A program made the position numbers and the translations under genes. Positions 20,934-29,556 of a stretch of DNA of 60,242 nucleotides are shown here, one piece after another. Numbering within the stretch: position 1 is the first letter of the stretch; the number at the start of each line of letters is the position of its first letter. The stretch lies in IMG/VR virus record IMGVR_UViG_3300036861_000387, positions 1-60,242 of that record; one strand, 5' to 3'. Source of the DNA: a virus. Its lineage: Duplodnaviria > Caudoviricetes. A model generated the notes under the pieces. It was given only the letters and a program-made list of their open reading frames with translations, searched no databases and was not told the DNA's origin.

Positions 20934-21997
20934 TGCCGGTCGCGGTTGTCCCCCTTGTGGCCGACACGCAATCGGCAGAACTAGAGAGCCTCGTGACGTT
21001 TCGGCCGCCTGGGGCGTATACCACGTTGCGCGCAGCCGCATGGGGGGGGATGCGGATGACGGTCCCATCCGCACGGACAGCCTGGAAGCTCTACGAGGAG
21101 GATCTGGCGCTTGGCCGCCTCGGCAAGCGCCGCCGGCCCAAGACCATCAAGGGCTACCAGTTCGTCGTGCTGGATTTCTGGGCGTTCATCCACCCGATCC
21201 CCTGGACCCACATCACCCCGGGGGACCTGGACCGCTACCTGTCGCGTCCCGCCCGGCAGGGCGGCCGCCGCCCCGGCGCCCCGCTGGCCCCCAACTCCCG
21301 GTCGCTGTACTCCGGCGTGATCTGCGCGTTCTACGACTGGTCGGTGCAGCGCAAGCTCCTGAAGCGTAACCCCCTGGAAGGGGTGCGGCCGGAGCCGAAG
21401 GTGGAGCCGCCCGCCCGCGGGCTGGAGCTGGAGCAGGTCGGGGTACTGCTGGCCGCAACGGCCCACCGGCCCCGCACCCACCTCGCGGTCGCGTTGGCGT
21501 TCTTCGCGCTGCTACGAAGTGGGGAGATCGCCCGGTTGCGGGTCGAGGACATCGACCTCAGGGCCGGGGTGCTGGTGGTGCATGGCAAGGGTGGCTATGT
21601 CGACGCCGTCCCGGTCCACTTCCGGCTGCGGCCGCTGCTGACCAGGTTCCTGGACGGCCGGCCCCCCACTGGACCGGTGGTCGAGTCGCTGACCCAGCCG
21701 GGCCGCCACGTCAGCTCAAGGACGGTGTCGCGGCTGATCGGGCAGGCGATGGCCGAGCTCGGCTGGTCCGAGAGCGCGCATGTACTCCGGCACTCGGCTG
21801 CCTACCTGATCCTGGAGGCGACCGGGAACGTCTACGCGGTGTCGCGGTTGCTGCGCCACCGGCGGCTGTCCTCGACCGAGCGGTACGTACGCAGAGCAGA
21901 CCGGCGGCTGGCAGCGGACCTCGCCAGCCTGCCCGACCCGCGCCAGCCCACCAGCCGACCAGCTACCAGTTCGTCCCAGCCTAGGAGTTCGTCATGA
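20933..21997 (+). CDS. int: Tyrosine recombinase/integrase (XerC/D-like, no arm-binding domain)
   Basis: LLRSGEI (R), HGKG (K), HVLRH, RLLRH, TERY catalytic motifs. The start may be 20933 or about 21050-21056. Confidence 0.93.
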   Translation: MPVAVVPLVADTQSAELESLVTFRPPGAYTTLRAAAWGGMRMTVPSARTAWKLYEEDLALGRLGKRRRPKTIKGYQFVVLDFWAFIHPIPWTHITPGDLDRYLSRPARQGGRRPGAPLAPNSRSLYSGVICAFYDWSVQRKLLKRNPLEGVRPEPKVEPPARGLELEQVGVLLAATAHRPRTHLAVALAFFALLRSGEIARLRVEDIDLRAGVLVVHGKGGYVDAVPVHFRLRPLLTRFLDGRPPTGPVVESLTQPGRHVSSRTVSRLIGQAMAELGWSESAHVLRHSAAYLILEATGNVYAVSRLLRHRRLSSTERYVRRADRRLAADLASLPDPRQPTSRPATSSSQPRSSS

Positions 21998-22227
21998 CCG
22001 GACCTGGCCGCTCCCGCGGCTCCCGCAACCAGCCGCTTCCCGGCCGGTGGCTGCGTGCCGCCGAGGCCGCCGAGATCTTGCACGTGTCCAGCAAGACGGT
22101 GCAGCGGTGGGCCAAGGAGGGCAAGCTGCCCTACCAGGCCACCCTCGGCGGCCACCGCAGATACAACGAGGCCGAGATCCGGGCGCTGGTGCACACCGTG
22201 CGGGTCGGCGAGGAGGTGGCCCGATGA
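21994..22227 (+). CDS. BldC-like MerR/HTH_17 protein (possible excisionase/RDF)
   Basis: LRAAEAAEILHVSSKTVQRWAKEGKLPYQATLGGHRRYNEAEIRAL. Confidence 0.85.
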   Translation: MTGPGRSRGSRNQPLPGRWLRAAEAAEILHVSSKTVQRWAKEGKLPYQATLGGHRRYNEAEIRALVHTVRVGEEVAR

Positions 22228-22565
22228 CCCTCGGACCCGACTGGCGGAAGGGCAGCTTCAGCCACACCAACGGTTGCGTCGAGCCCCGCTGGGTCAAGGC
22301 CACCGCCAGCGGCACCAGCAACTGCGTCGAGGTCACCCACAACACCGACGAGGGCGTCGTCCTCGTCCGCGACACGGAGCACCCGGGCGGTGGCGTGGTC
22401 GCCTTCACCCCGGCGCAGTGGGCGCTGCTGTTGGACGATGTCGCCGCCGGGCACTTCCACTGGTCGCGGTTCGCCCCGTTGCGGTTCGACGCGGCCGAGC
22501 GAACGGCCTTTGAGCAGGGTGTCGCCGCTGGCGAGTTCGAGCTATCCGAGGGGATGCCGGCATGA
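22224..22565 (+). CDS. DUF397-domain protein (BldB/AbaA-ORFD-like)
   Basis: Duplicated WRKGSFS..GCVE and WVKATAS..NCVEV, then VLVRDTE and FTPAQWALLL. Confidence 0.9.
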   Translation: MTLGPDWRKGSFSHTNGCVEPRWVKATASGTSNCVEVTHNTDEGVVLVRDTEHPGGGVVAFTPAQWALLLDDVAAGHFHWSRFAPLRFDAAERTAFEQGVAAGEFELSEGMPA

Positions 22566-23596
22566 CCGGCCCGGAGCTGGACCTGCTGGAGGGTGGCGTC
22601 GGCAACGCCGACCTGTACGCCGGGCTGCTGCGCGGCGGCGGCCGGGCCGTGCATGCCAGCCGCTGCGAGAACCCCTACGGGCAATTCGGCCGCGCCCCGT
22701 TCATGGTGACCGCGGCCGCCGACTACGTGAGCCGCCTAGCCGTCCAGGCCAGGACCAAGGCCCGCGGCCAGTTGATCGGCAAGGTCGACTATCAACGCTA
22801 CTACATCCTGCAGGTATCCCGGTGACCGCGACCCGCCGCGTCAAGGTCCGCTGCGCCGGGCGGCCCGTCGTGACCCGCAGCCGGGAGGACCCGACCGACT
22901 ACGACGAGCTGCCGTCGTGCGGCTGGTCGGGGGAGCGCGCCGCCGGCCCGAACACCACCCGCCGCCCCTGCCCGGACTGCGGCGGGCGGGTGGAGCTGGT
23001 GGGTCGCACACCAGACCCGACCCTGGCCATGGTCGCCCGAAGGAGGCTGCACGGATGAGCGAGCTCGACGAGGTTGCCTTGACGGCGGCGCACCTGGCCG
23101 TTGAGGACGCGCTGGTCGACTTCCGCGACAACCGCATCAGCACGCTGGGGCCACGCAACGGCTTCGTGATCTACGAGCGCGACGGCCAGCTGTCCGGCGT
23201 CATGCGGCTCGGCACCCGCGACGGCCTCCGCATCGCTATCACGGCGTACCTGGCGGCCCTGGCCGGCGACATCGACCCGCGCGTCCCGCGCCCCGATCCG
23301 ACCAGGAGCACGTGACCATGACCCCGCGACCCTGCACCAGGCCCGACGGCGGCTGCGGCGAGCCGATCATCGAGGTCACCACCATCGCTGGCCGCAAGCA
23401 GGTGCTCAACCCCAAGCCGGTCAACGGCGTGGTGATGGTCAACGCCGAGGACACACTGGTGCTCAGCGGTCGCGGCGATAGCTGGCCCGACGTCCGCTCC
23501 CGGGTCGTGCCGGTCTACGTCGACCACCATGCGACCTGCGCGACCTGGCTGACCCGGATCAAACGGGAACGGGCCGCCGAGGCGGGTGGCCGATGA
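22562..23596 (+). other. Four small coupled hypothetical genes (22562-22825, 22822-23058, 23055-23315, 23312-23596)
   Basis: ATGA/GTGA overlaps; two have zinc-binding motifs. Confidence 0.65.
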
Positions 23597-24060
23597 CTCA
23601 ACTGCGACTGAGTGACCAAGAGCGCCAGTTCTGGGATCTAGTGGAGCTGACAGAGGGATGCTGGATCTGGCACGGACTCGTCAACCGCTATGGCTATGGC
23701 ACGCAGTGGTGGAACGGGCGTCGGTTGAGTGCGCATCGCCTCGCCTACACCTTGGCGGTCGGCCCAATCCCCGAGGGCCTGACGCTCGACCATGTGAAGG
23801 CGCGCGGCTGCACCTCTCTCCTCTGCGTCAAGGCGATCCCTGATTGGTTCGGGCCAGCGCATCTTGAGCCGGTGACCATGCGCGAGAACGTGCTGCGTGG
23901 CGAGAGTCCAGCCGCCATCGGTGCCCGCAAGACCCACTGCCCAAAGGGCCACCCCTATGACGAGGCCAACACCTATCGGTACCGCGGCAAGAGGAGCTGT
24001 CGAGCATGCAATCGGGCGGCTGTTGCCGCACTGAGGGTCAGGAAGTTGGCTCGGCCATGA
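23593..24060 (+). CDS. HNH endonuclease
   Basis: FWD..GCWIW..YG..AHRLAY..LDH..C..CV..HLEPVT..ENVLRG..KTHCPKGH. Confidence 0.92.
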   Translation: MTQLRLSDQERQFWDLVELTEGCWIWHGLVNRYGYGTQWWNGRRLSAHRLAYTLAVGPIPEGLTLDHVKARGCTSLLCVKAIPDWFGPAHLEPVTMRENVLRGESPAAIGARKTHCPKGHPYDEANTYRYRGKRSCRACNRAAVAALRVRKLARP

Positions 24061-24801
24061 CCGAGATGCGGGGCAATTGGGAGCCGGACAACCACGGCTG
24101 GACACACCAGCCGGCCGAGCGGACCTGCCGCTACTGCCGCCGCGGTGTCATGCACACCAAGGCCGAGCACGACCTCATCTATTCGGTCGACCGGCAGGCC
24201 CTGCTCGACTGGGAACGCGAGGAGTCCGAGCGGCAGGTCAAGGCGGACAACGAGCTGCTGGAGCAGTTCGTCCGCGACGGCATGACCGAGGACGAGGCCG
24301 CCGACGAGCTGTGGCGGTGGATGGCGCAGGGCAGGGGCCTGGTCGAATCGAGGCCGCGACCATGAGGCGCGCCCTGGTCGTCCTGCTCGCCACCGGCATG
24401 GCCGGCCCAAGCGGTGCCGCCGACCCACCTCGGCCCCCCGGGCGGGCGGCGGCGCCTTCCCTGATCGAGCACGAGTTCGAGCCGTGGGAGTACAGCAACG
24501 GCCAAGTGATCTGCATCCACTGGGATCCGCTGCGGCTGCGGCTGTGCGAACGCCCCGAGGTCGAGCACGCCTCAGCGCAGGTCGATGAGGAACACTCATG
24601 AAGCGAGCGGGCATGCGGGAGTGCCCGGCATGCGGCACGCCGGACCCCGAGGCCGCCTGGACAGATGACGGACTCACCTGCCTGGAATGCGGACACATTG
24701 TCACCGCGGCTGAGCAGGAGGCGGGACTAGCCTCGCAGGTCGGCGGCGAGCCGGTCGAGGATGGCGAGGGCGTCGGGGCCGACGGCGGCCAGGTCGAGTA
24801 G
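24057..24801 (+). other. Three small genes (24057-24365; 24362-24601 with signal peptide-like N-terminus; 24598-24801 zinc ribbon)
   Basis: Coupled overlaps; CPAC..CLEC motif. Confidence 0.55.
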
Positions 24802-25593
24802 CGCCTTGAACGCCTGCCCGTAGCGGGCGACGTCAGCGAGGTTGCGGACAGTGAGTCCGGCCGTCAGCGTCTCGACCAGCACGAGGTCATCGGCGTCATC
24901 GGCGCGCTCCAGGAACGCCGAGAAGCCCTGCCACGCCCACACCGGCTCCTCGATCTCCAAGGGGAGGATGCCGAGCAGCACGTTGGGCATCCTGGCGGCC
25001 TGGGCGAGCCGGTCGAGCTGGGCGGCCATGACCTCGCGGGGCACGAACCGCCAGCGCAGCCCTGCCTCAGTCATCAGAAACTCGAACCGACGGCCAGGCC
25101 GGTACAGCAGCGTCTGCCTGGCGACCCGGGCCGCCACCGCCTCGGCGACCTCGGCATCGCTCTGCCCGTCCAGCTTGGCGCGGGCCCGGTAGACCGCGCG
25201 GGCATAGTCGGGGACCTGGAGCAGCCCGTGAACCAGCACCGGGTAGTAGCTGCGGTTCAAGGCGGCTGACTCCTCCAGGCCGGCGACCTCCTGCTGCAGC
25301 GCCGCCAGCCGCTCGGGCCGGCCCCTCCAGGACACCGCCTCGGTCGCGGCCACCTCGGCCAGCGCGTCGAGCCCGACGCGCTGCTGGGTGGTGGCGCCGG
25401 TGGCGGCCGCCCAGCGGTCGATCTGTTCCGGCGACGGGAGCTGCCGGCCGTTTTCCCAGCGGCTGACGGTGGACTGCGCGACCCCGACCCGCTCGGCAAG
25501 CTGGATGCTGGTGAGGCCGGCGGCGTCGCGGAGGTCCCGGAGCGCCCGCCCGAGTTGGCGGCGGCGCTCCGAGGCCTCGGCGAAGGGGCTCAT
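24727..25593 (-). CDS. XRE-HTH + DUF5753 regulator (WhiJ/Scr1-like)
   Basis: RRRQLGRALRDLRDAAGLT..VSRWENG plus LVHGLLQVPDYARA, AVAARVARQ, FLMTEAGL, MAAQLDRL motifs. Confidence 0.9.
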   Translation of the reverse strand: MSPFAEASERRRQLGRALRDLRDAAGLTSIQLAERVGVAQSTVSRWENGRQLPSPEQIDRWAAATGATTQQRVGLDALAEVAATEAVSWRGRPERLAALQQEVAGLEESAALNRSYYPVLVHGLLQVPDYARAVYRARAKLDGQSDAEVAEAVAARVARQTLLYRPGRRFEFLMTEAGLRWRFVPREVMAAQLDRLAQAARMPNVLLGILPLEIEEPVWAWQGFSAFLERADDADDLVLVETLTAGLTVRNLADVARYGQAFKALLDLAAVGPDALAILDRLAADLRG

Positions 25594-26087
25594 GCCGGCA
25601 GCAGGAACTCCTGGAGCGGCACTGAGCACGCCATGGCTAGATCGCGCTGCCAGCGGTACTGCTGGACTGCGGCGGGATCGATCACGTCGCGGCCACCGAG
25701 GAACTCCCCGTCTGGGCTGTAGTCCAGCGCCCACACACGCGCATGGTCGAACAGCCAGAAATCGGTCGCGAGGTGGGCTAACGCCGGGTGCTGGGTGCGG
25801 TCGGCGATGCGGATGTCCTCGCCGGCCGCCAGGTGGGCAGGGCCAATTTCGACCCGCCAGCGCAGGTAGGGCACGAGTGGCGGCGTGACGACCAGGACGC
25901 GGCCGATGCTGCGGCCCGCCTGGGTCGCGGCGGCGACCTGCTCGAGCCACTGCTGGCGCTGCTCGCCTTGGCGCGCGGTCGGCGGGTGGCCCTGCTGGAA
26001 CCGCTGGAATTCCAGCCGGTCAGGCCCGTAGAAGGCGCGCGTCTCCAGCCGCCACGCCGACCGCTCGAACCGATCGAAGAAGCTCAC
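25590..26087 (-). CDS. DUF6879-family protein
   Basis: FERSAWRLETRAFY..GRVLVV..YLRW..AGEDIR..DFWLFD..LDYSPDGEF. Confidence 0.8.
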   Translation of the reverse strand: MSFFDRFERSAWRLETRAFYGPDRLEFQRFQQGHPPTARQGEQRQQWLEQVAAATQAGRSIGRVLVVTPPLVPYLRWRVEIGPAHLAAGEDIRIADRTQHPALAHLATDFWLFDHARVWALDYSPDGEFLGGRDVIDPAAVQQYRWQRDLAMACSVPLQEFLLPA

Positions 26088-26266
26088 CCCTGGCGCAGCC
26101 TCTCGGCGGCCTCGGCCAGCATCCCGGCCGGGATCTTGACGGTCTGCTCGCCGTCGCTCAGCGGTAGCCCCGCCACGACCTGGCCGCGTACCACGATTTC
26201 GTCGGTCTCGTCCTTGACCCAGATCCCCGGGCAGTTGTCGGCACTGCACCCGCTGAGTTCTCGCAT
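26084..26266 (-). CDS. Small CxxxxCP protein associated with DUF6879 operons
   Basis: GCSADNCPGIW..IVVRG..GEQTVKIP; GGGAGG RBS. Confidence 0.75.
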   Translation of the reverse strand: MRELSGCSADNCPGIWVKDETDEIVVRGQVVAGLPLSDGEQTVKIPAGMLAEAAERLRQG

Positions 26267-26275
26267 GGCCCGCCT

Positions 26276-26326
26276 CCCTGGCGACGCTTGGATATCCCTT
26301 ATCAGGGATAGTCGGCGTCGCCAGGG
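26276..26326. promoter_or_regulatory. Long inverted repeat in the divergent intergenic region
   Basis: CCCTGGCGACGC...TATCCCT-TATC-AGGGATA...GCGTCGCCAGGG. Confidence 0.7.
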
Positions 26327-26427
26327 GACTGGTCAAGGGTGGAATCCCTCTTTCGGTCTATGATGCTTGACGGATACTTCCTAGTCTGTGCATAGTAACA
26401 GCTCAGTCAAGGAGAGGGGAGGGTATC

Positions 26428-27057
26428 GTGCGGCGCTGGCTGGTCGTGTTCCTCGCCGCCGCGGCGGCGGTGCTGAGCTTCGACGCACTCCGCGCGCATG
26501 CGCTGGAGTCCGGCGTCATCCCGACCCAGGCGATCATGCCCCGCACCTGGCTGGCCGCACTCTGGGCGCTGGTGATCGACGCAGCCGCTGCCGCCGGCAT
26601 CCTCGGTGTCCGCGCCGACCGCCGCGACCCGCGCGCCTGGACGATGCTGATACTGGCGTTCGCGGGATCGGTCGGGTTCCAGGTCTGGACGCCGCCGACC
26701 GAGCTGGCCCGCGCGGTCCCGCCGGTCGTGCTGGCCCTGGCCATCATCGTCCTTGAACTGCCGAGGCGTACGGCCGGGGCTTTCCGGGAGGCAGCCCCGG
26801 CCGCCACCGTGCCCGCGCCGGAGGTGCGCCCTCCCTCGCCTCCGGCGCGGGCCGTCAAGCCTGCGCCGCCGGGCGGCGCGCTGGAGCCGGCGCACCGCGC
26901 CGCCATCGCCGAGCTCGCCGCCGGTGGGGGAGAGCGCAAGGTGATGGCGGGCCTCGGCGCACGCGGCATCGATCTGCCTCGCGCAATGGTGCGTCGTGAG
27001 TTGCAGCGCATCCGCGACAACGGCACCGCGCCGCATGAGGAGATCCCGGCGCAGTGA
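26428..27057 (+). CDS. DUF2637/SpdA-like multi-pass membrane protein
   Basis: AAVLSFDALRAHA..LWALVIDAAAAAG..RAW..SVGFQV..AVPPVVLAL, four TMs and a C-terminal helical domain. Confidence 0.75.
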   Translation: MRRWLVVFLAAAAAVLSFDALRAHALESGVIPTQAIMPRTWLAALWALVIDAAAAAGILGVRADRRDPRAWTMLILAFAGSVGFQVWTPPTELARAVPPVVLALAIIVLELPRRTAGAFREAAPAATVPAPEVRPPSPPARAVKPAPPGGALEPAHRAAIAELAAGGGERKVMAGLGARGIDLPRAMVRRELQRIRDNGTAPHEEIPAQ

Positions 27058-27536
27058 CTCGGCGCGAGCGTCCCGACCCGGGCTGGCACGCTGCCGGCTG
27101 GGGTCGGCTGCGCCGCTGGTGGGGGAGCCGGCGCACCGTCGACCCGGAGCCCGAGCCGACACTGATCGAGCATGACGAGGAGGAGCTGGAGGCTGAGCCG
27201 CCGGCGCGCTGGTGGAGCGCGGCGCTGTGGTGCGCCGCCATCCTCGGCGCACTCGGCGCACTCGACCCGCGCCTGGCTGGCGGCGCACTCGTCGGCGCAG
27301 TGATGGGGGGGTGGGTGGCGCGGCGTGCGGCGCAGCGGCGCATTGACCAGGCGGCGCACCTGTTGAACCGGGAGCGCGCCACAGTGACGGCGCGCGCCAT
27401 GCGCCGAGCGCGCCGGCGCGCCAACAAGGCGGCGAATGCCGAGGATCGGGAGCGGCGCACTGAGGCGGCACGCGCCGCCAAGGAGGCCCGCCGAGCAGCT
27501 AACCGGGCGTCGCACCGGCAGGGGAGTGGATCATGA
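27054..27536 (+). CDS. Membrane protein with basic coiled-coil C-terminus
   Basis: Two hydrophobic segments; GTGA overlap with the upstream gene. Confidence 0.6.
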   Translation: MTRRERPDPGWHAAGWGRLRRWWGSRRTVDPEPEPTLIEHDEEELEAEPPARWWSAALWCAAILGALGALDPRLAGGALVGAVMGGWVARRAAQRRIDQAAHLLNRERATVTARAMRRARRRANKAANAEDRERRTEAARAAKEARRAANRASHRQGSGS

Positions 27537-27759
27537 GGCGCTCCCCCGGCGAGAGAGGATGCCGCTTGCGGCCCGGCTATGCGGGCGGGGGCGGGCGGGT
27601 GCTCGGGGACGGGCGCGCGCGCGCGTTCTTTATACGCGGCGGGGGTGGTCGGATGACCTGACCCTCACCGCGCAGCGCGCGAGGAACATGACTCCACAGT
27701 GACGGCGGGCCAGGGATCGTGGCCCCGGCCCGCCAGCATCGAAAGTTGAGGCACCAACG

Positions 27760-28203
27760 ATGCGGACTCAGCATCGCCCCGGCCGGCACGGGCCGGCAAT
27801 AGGGCTGCCCATGCTGGACGGCTCCAGCCGCACCAGGCATAAGCGGTCCGGCAAGGACTACCGCACCACCGCACTCATCGTCGCCGGCGGCATGATGGCG
27901 GCCTATCTCGCCCGCGACCAGCGCGGCCCGGTATCGCTGATGCTCGGCTGCCTGTCGGTCCTGGTAGCGACCTGCTACTGGCACCGCACCAACCAAGCCG
28001 CAGTGCGGCTGCTGGTCGGTGTGGTCCCGGTGGTGCTGATGCTGGGCATGGCGCTGGCGCAGTATCGGGGGACCAAGGCGATGGCCGCCGACGTGACCGC
28101 GGGCGCGTCGACCTCGACCGAGACGATGACCGCCGGCGCGGTCACCACCGTCGGCGACGTCGGCAAGTGGCTGTTGACGCTGTTCTTCGGGAACGGCAGT
28201 TAG
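27760..28203 (+). CDS. Three-TM membrane protein
   Basis: Three hydrophobic stretches. Confidence 0.6.
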   Translation: MRTQHRPGRHGPAIGLPMLDGSSRTRHKRSGKDYRTTALIVAGGMMAAYLARDQRGPVSLMLGCLSVLVATCYWHRTNQAAVRLLVGVVPVVLMLGMALAQYRGTKAMAADVTAGASTSTETMTAGAVTTVGDVGKWLLTLFFGNGS

Positions 28204-28205
28204 CG

Positions 28206-28796
28206 GTGTGCCAGCCCAGCCAGCAACGACCGCCGAGCACCCTCGGCGTCATGGTCGTCATCGCCGCCGTCGCGGCCCTGCTCGCCAAGGGCGGCGGCGC
28301 AGAGCTCCCCAAGGTCCAGGCCGGCACCGCCCTGGCTGGCATGCTCGGTAGCCTGCAGCTTCCTGGCCTGCCGCAGCTCGGCACGCCGCCTGGTGGTGGG
28401 CTCGGGCACGCGGACATCCCGGCGAGCTACGGGCGGCTGTACGCCAGCGCCGGCCGCCGGTATGGGGTGCCCCCTACGGTGCTGGCCGGCATCGGCAAGA
28501 TTGAGTCCAACCACGGCCGCTCCCGGCTGCCCGGGGTGCGGTCGGGCTCGAACTCCGCCGGGGCGTGCGGGCCCATGCAGATCGGCTGCATCCCTGGCAG
28601 CAAGGCGGGGAACTCCTGGGCGCGGTACGGCCGCGGCAGCCCCTACCGGCCAGAGGATGCCATCCCCGCAGCGGCGCGCTACCTCGTCGGCCACGGCGCC
28701 CACCGCAACCTCGACCGCGCCATCTACGGCTACAACCACGACTGGGGCTATGTCACCACGGTGAAGGCATGGGCCCGCCGCTACGGAGGTTCCTGA
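28206..28796 (+). CDS. Membrane-anchored lytic transglycosylase (SLT family)
   Basis: DIPASY..YASAGRRYGVP..LAGIGKIESNHG..NSAGACGPMQ..DAIPAAARYL..AIYGYNH..YV..V..WARRY. Confidence 0.9.
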   Translation: MCQPSQQRPPSTLGVMVVIAAVAALLAKGGGAELPKVQAGTALAGMLGSLQLPGLPQLGTPPGGGLGHADIPASYGRLYASAGRRYGVPPTVLAGIGKIESNHGRSRLPGVRSGSNSAGACGPMQIGCIPGSKAGNSWARYGRGSPYRPEDAIPAAARYLVGHGAHRNLDRAIYGYNHDWGYVTTVKAWARRYGGS

Positions 28797-29186
28797 TGGA
28801 CTACATGAGCGAAGGCGAGCTGCTCTGGGCCGCCTACGCCACCGATGGCAAGTCCCGGCACGGGAAGCTGATCCGTCCACCGGTCGCGCCGCCGAGACGA
28901 TCAGGCAGGGACCGGTCCTGATGCTGGCCTCCAATGTCGTCCTCGCTGAGTCCAGCTACTACGTCAGTCTGGCCGTCGCGTTCGTGCTCGGCATGGCCAT
29001 CGCCCGATCGTTTGTGCGCCCAGAGCGCGGCGGGGGAACCCGACGGCGGCGGCGTCGGCGATGACCGCCGCGCTGTGTCTGCTGGCCGGGCTGGTCGCCG
29101 TCGTGCTGCCGCTGCTCGGGTGGTGGGACGACCGCCGCCGACGCCGAGCTGCCGTGTCTGGCCAGGACAGCAAGGGGCACCCGTGA
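28796..29186 (+). other. Three tiny coupled genes (28796-28921; 28921-29064 and 29061-29186 are single-TM with poly-Arg tails)
   Basis: TGATG/ATGA overlaps; manual translation. Confidence 0.5.
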
Positions 29187-29404
29187 CCTGGTGGGAGCGC
29201 GCCGAGTGCCGCGACGCCGACACCAACGCCTTCTACCCGGAGGCCGGCGGGCTGACCGAGATCGCCGAGCGGCTGTGCGAGCGATGCCCGGTGATGACCG
29301 AATGCCTGGACTGGGCGCTCGACCACGGCGAGGTCTGGGGTACTTGGGGAGGCCTGTCCGAACGGGAACGGCGGACGCTTCGGCGTCACCGCAGGGTGGC
29401 GTAA
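29183..29404 (+). CDS. whiB: WhiB-family Fe-S transcription factor
   Basis: WWERAEC..FYP..LCERCPVMTECLDWAL..WGTWGGLSERERR. Confidence 0.95.
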   Translation: MTWWERAECRDADTNAFYPEAGGLTEIAERLCERCPVMTECLDWALDHGEVWGTWGGLSERERRTLRRHRRVA

Positions 29405-29430
29405 CATGCTACTCCGGCCACTCTCCGCGA

Positions 29431-29458
29431 ATGGTTGATAATCCTCATTACGTTAACC
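29431..29458 (+). other. dif-like XerC/XerD recombination site
   Basis: ATGGTTGATAA-TCCTCA-TTACGTTAACC has 11-6-11 architecture, is intergenic and is AT-rich. Confidence 0.7.
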
Positions 29459-29556
29459 TGTCGCATGTCGGACCCTTCCCCCGCCGAGTAGGATGACGCC
29501 ATGAACGATGCGGGAGCTGGCTGCGACTGGCATGCCCTGGCCGGGTCGTGGCGCTG

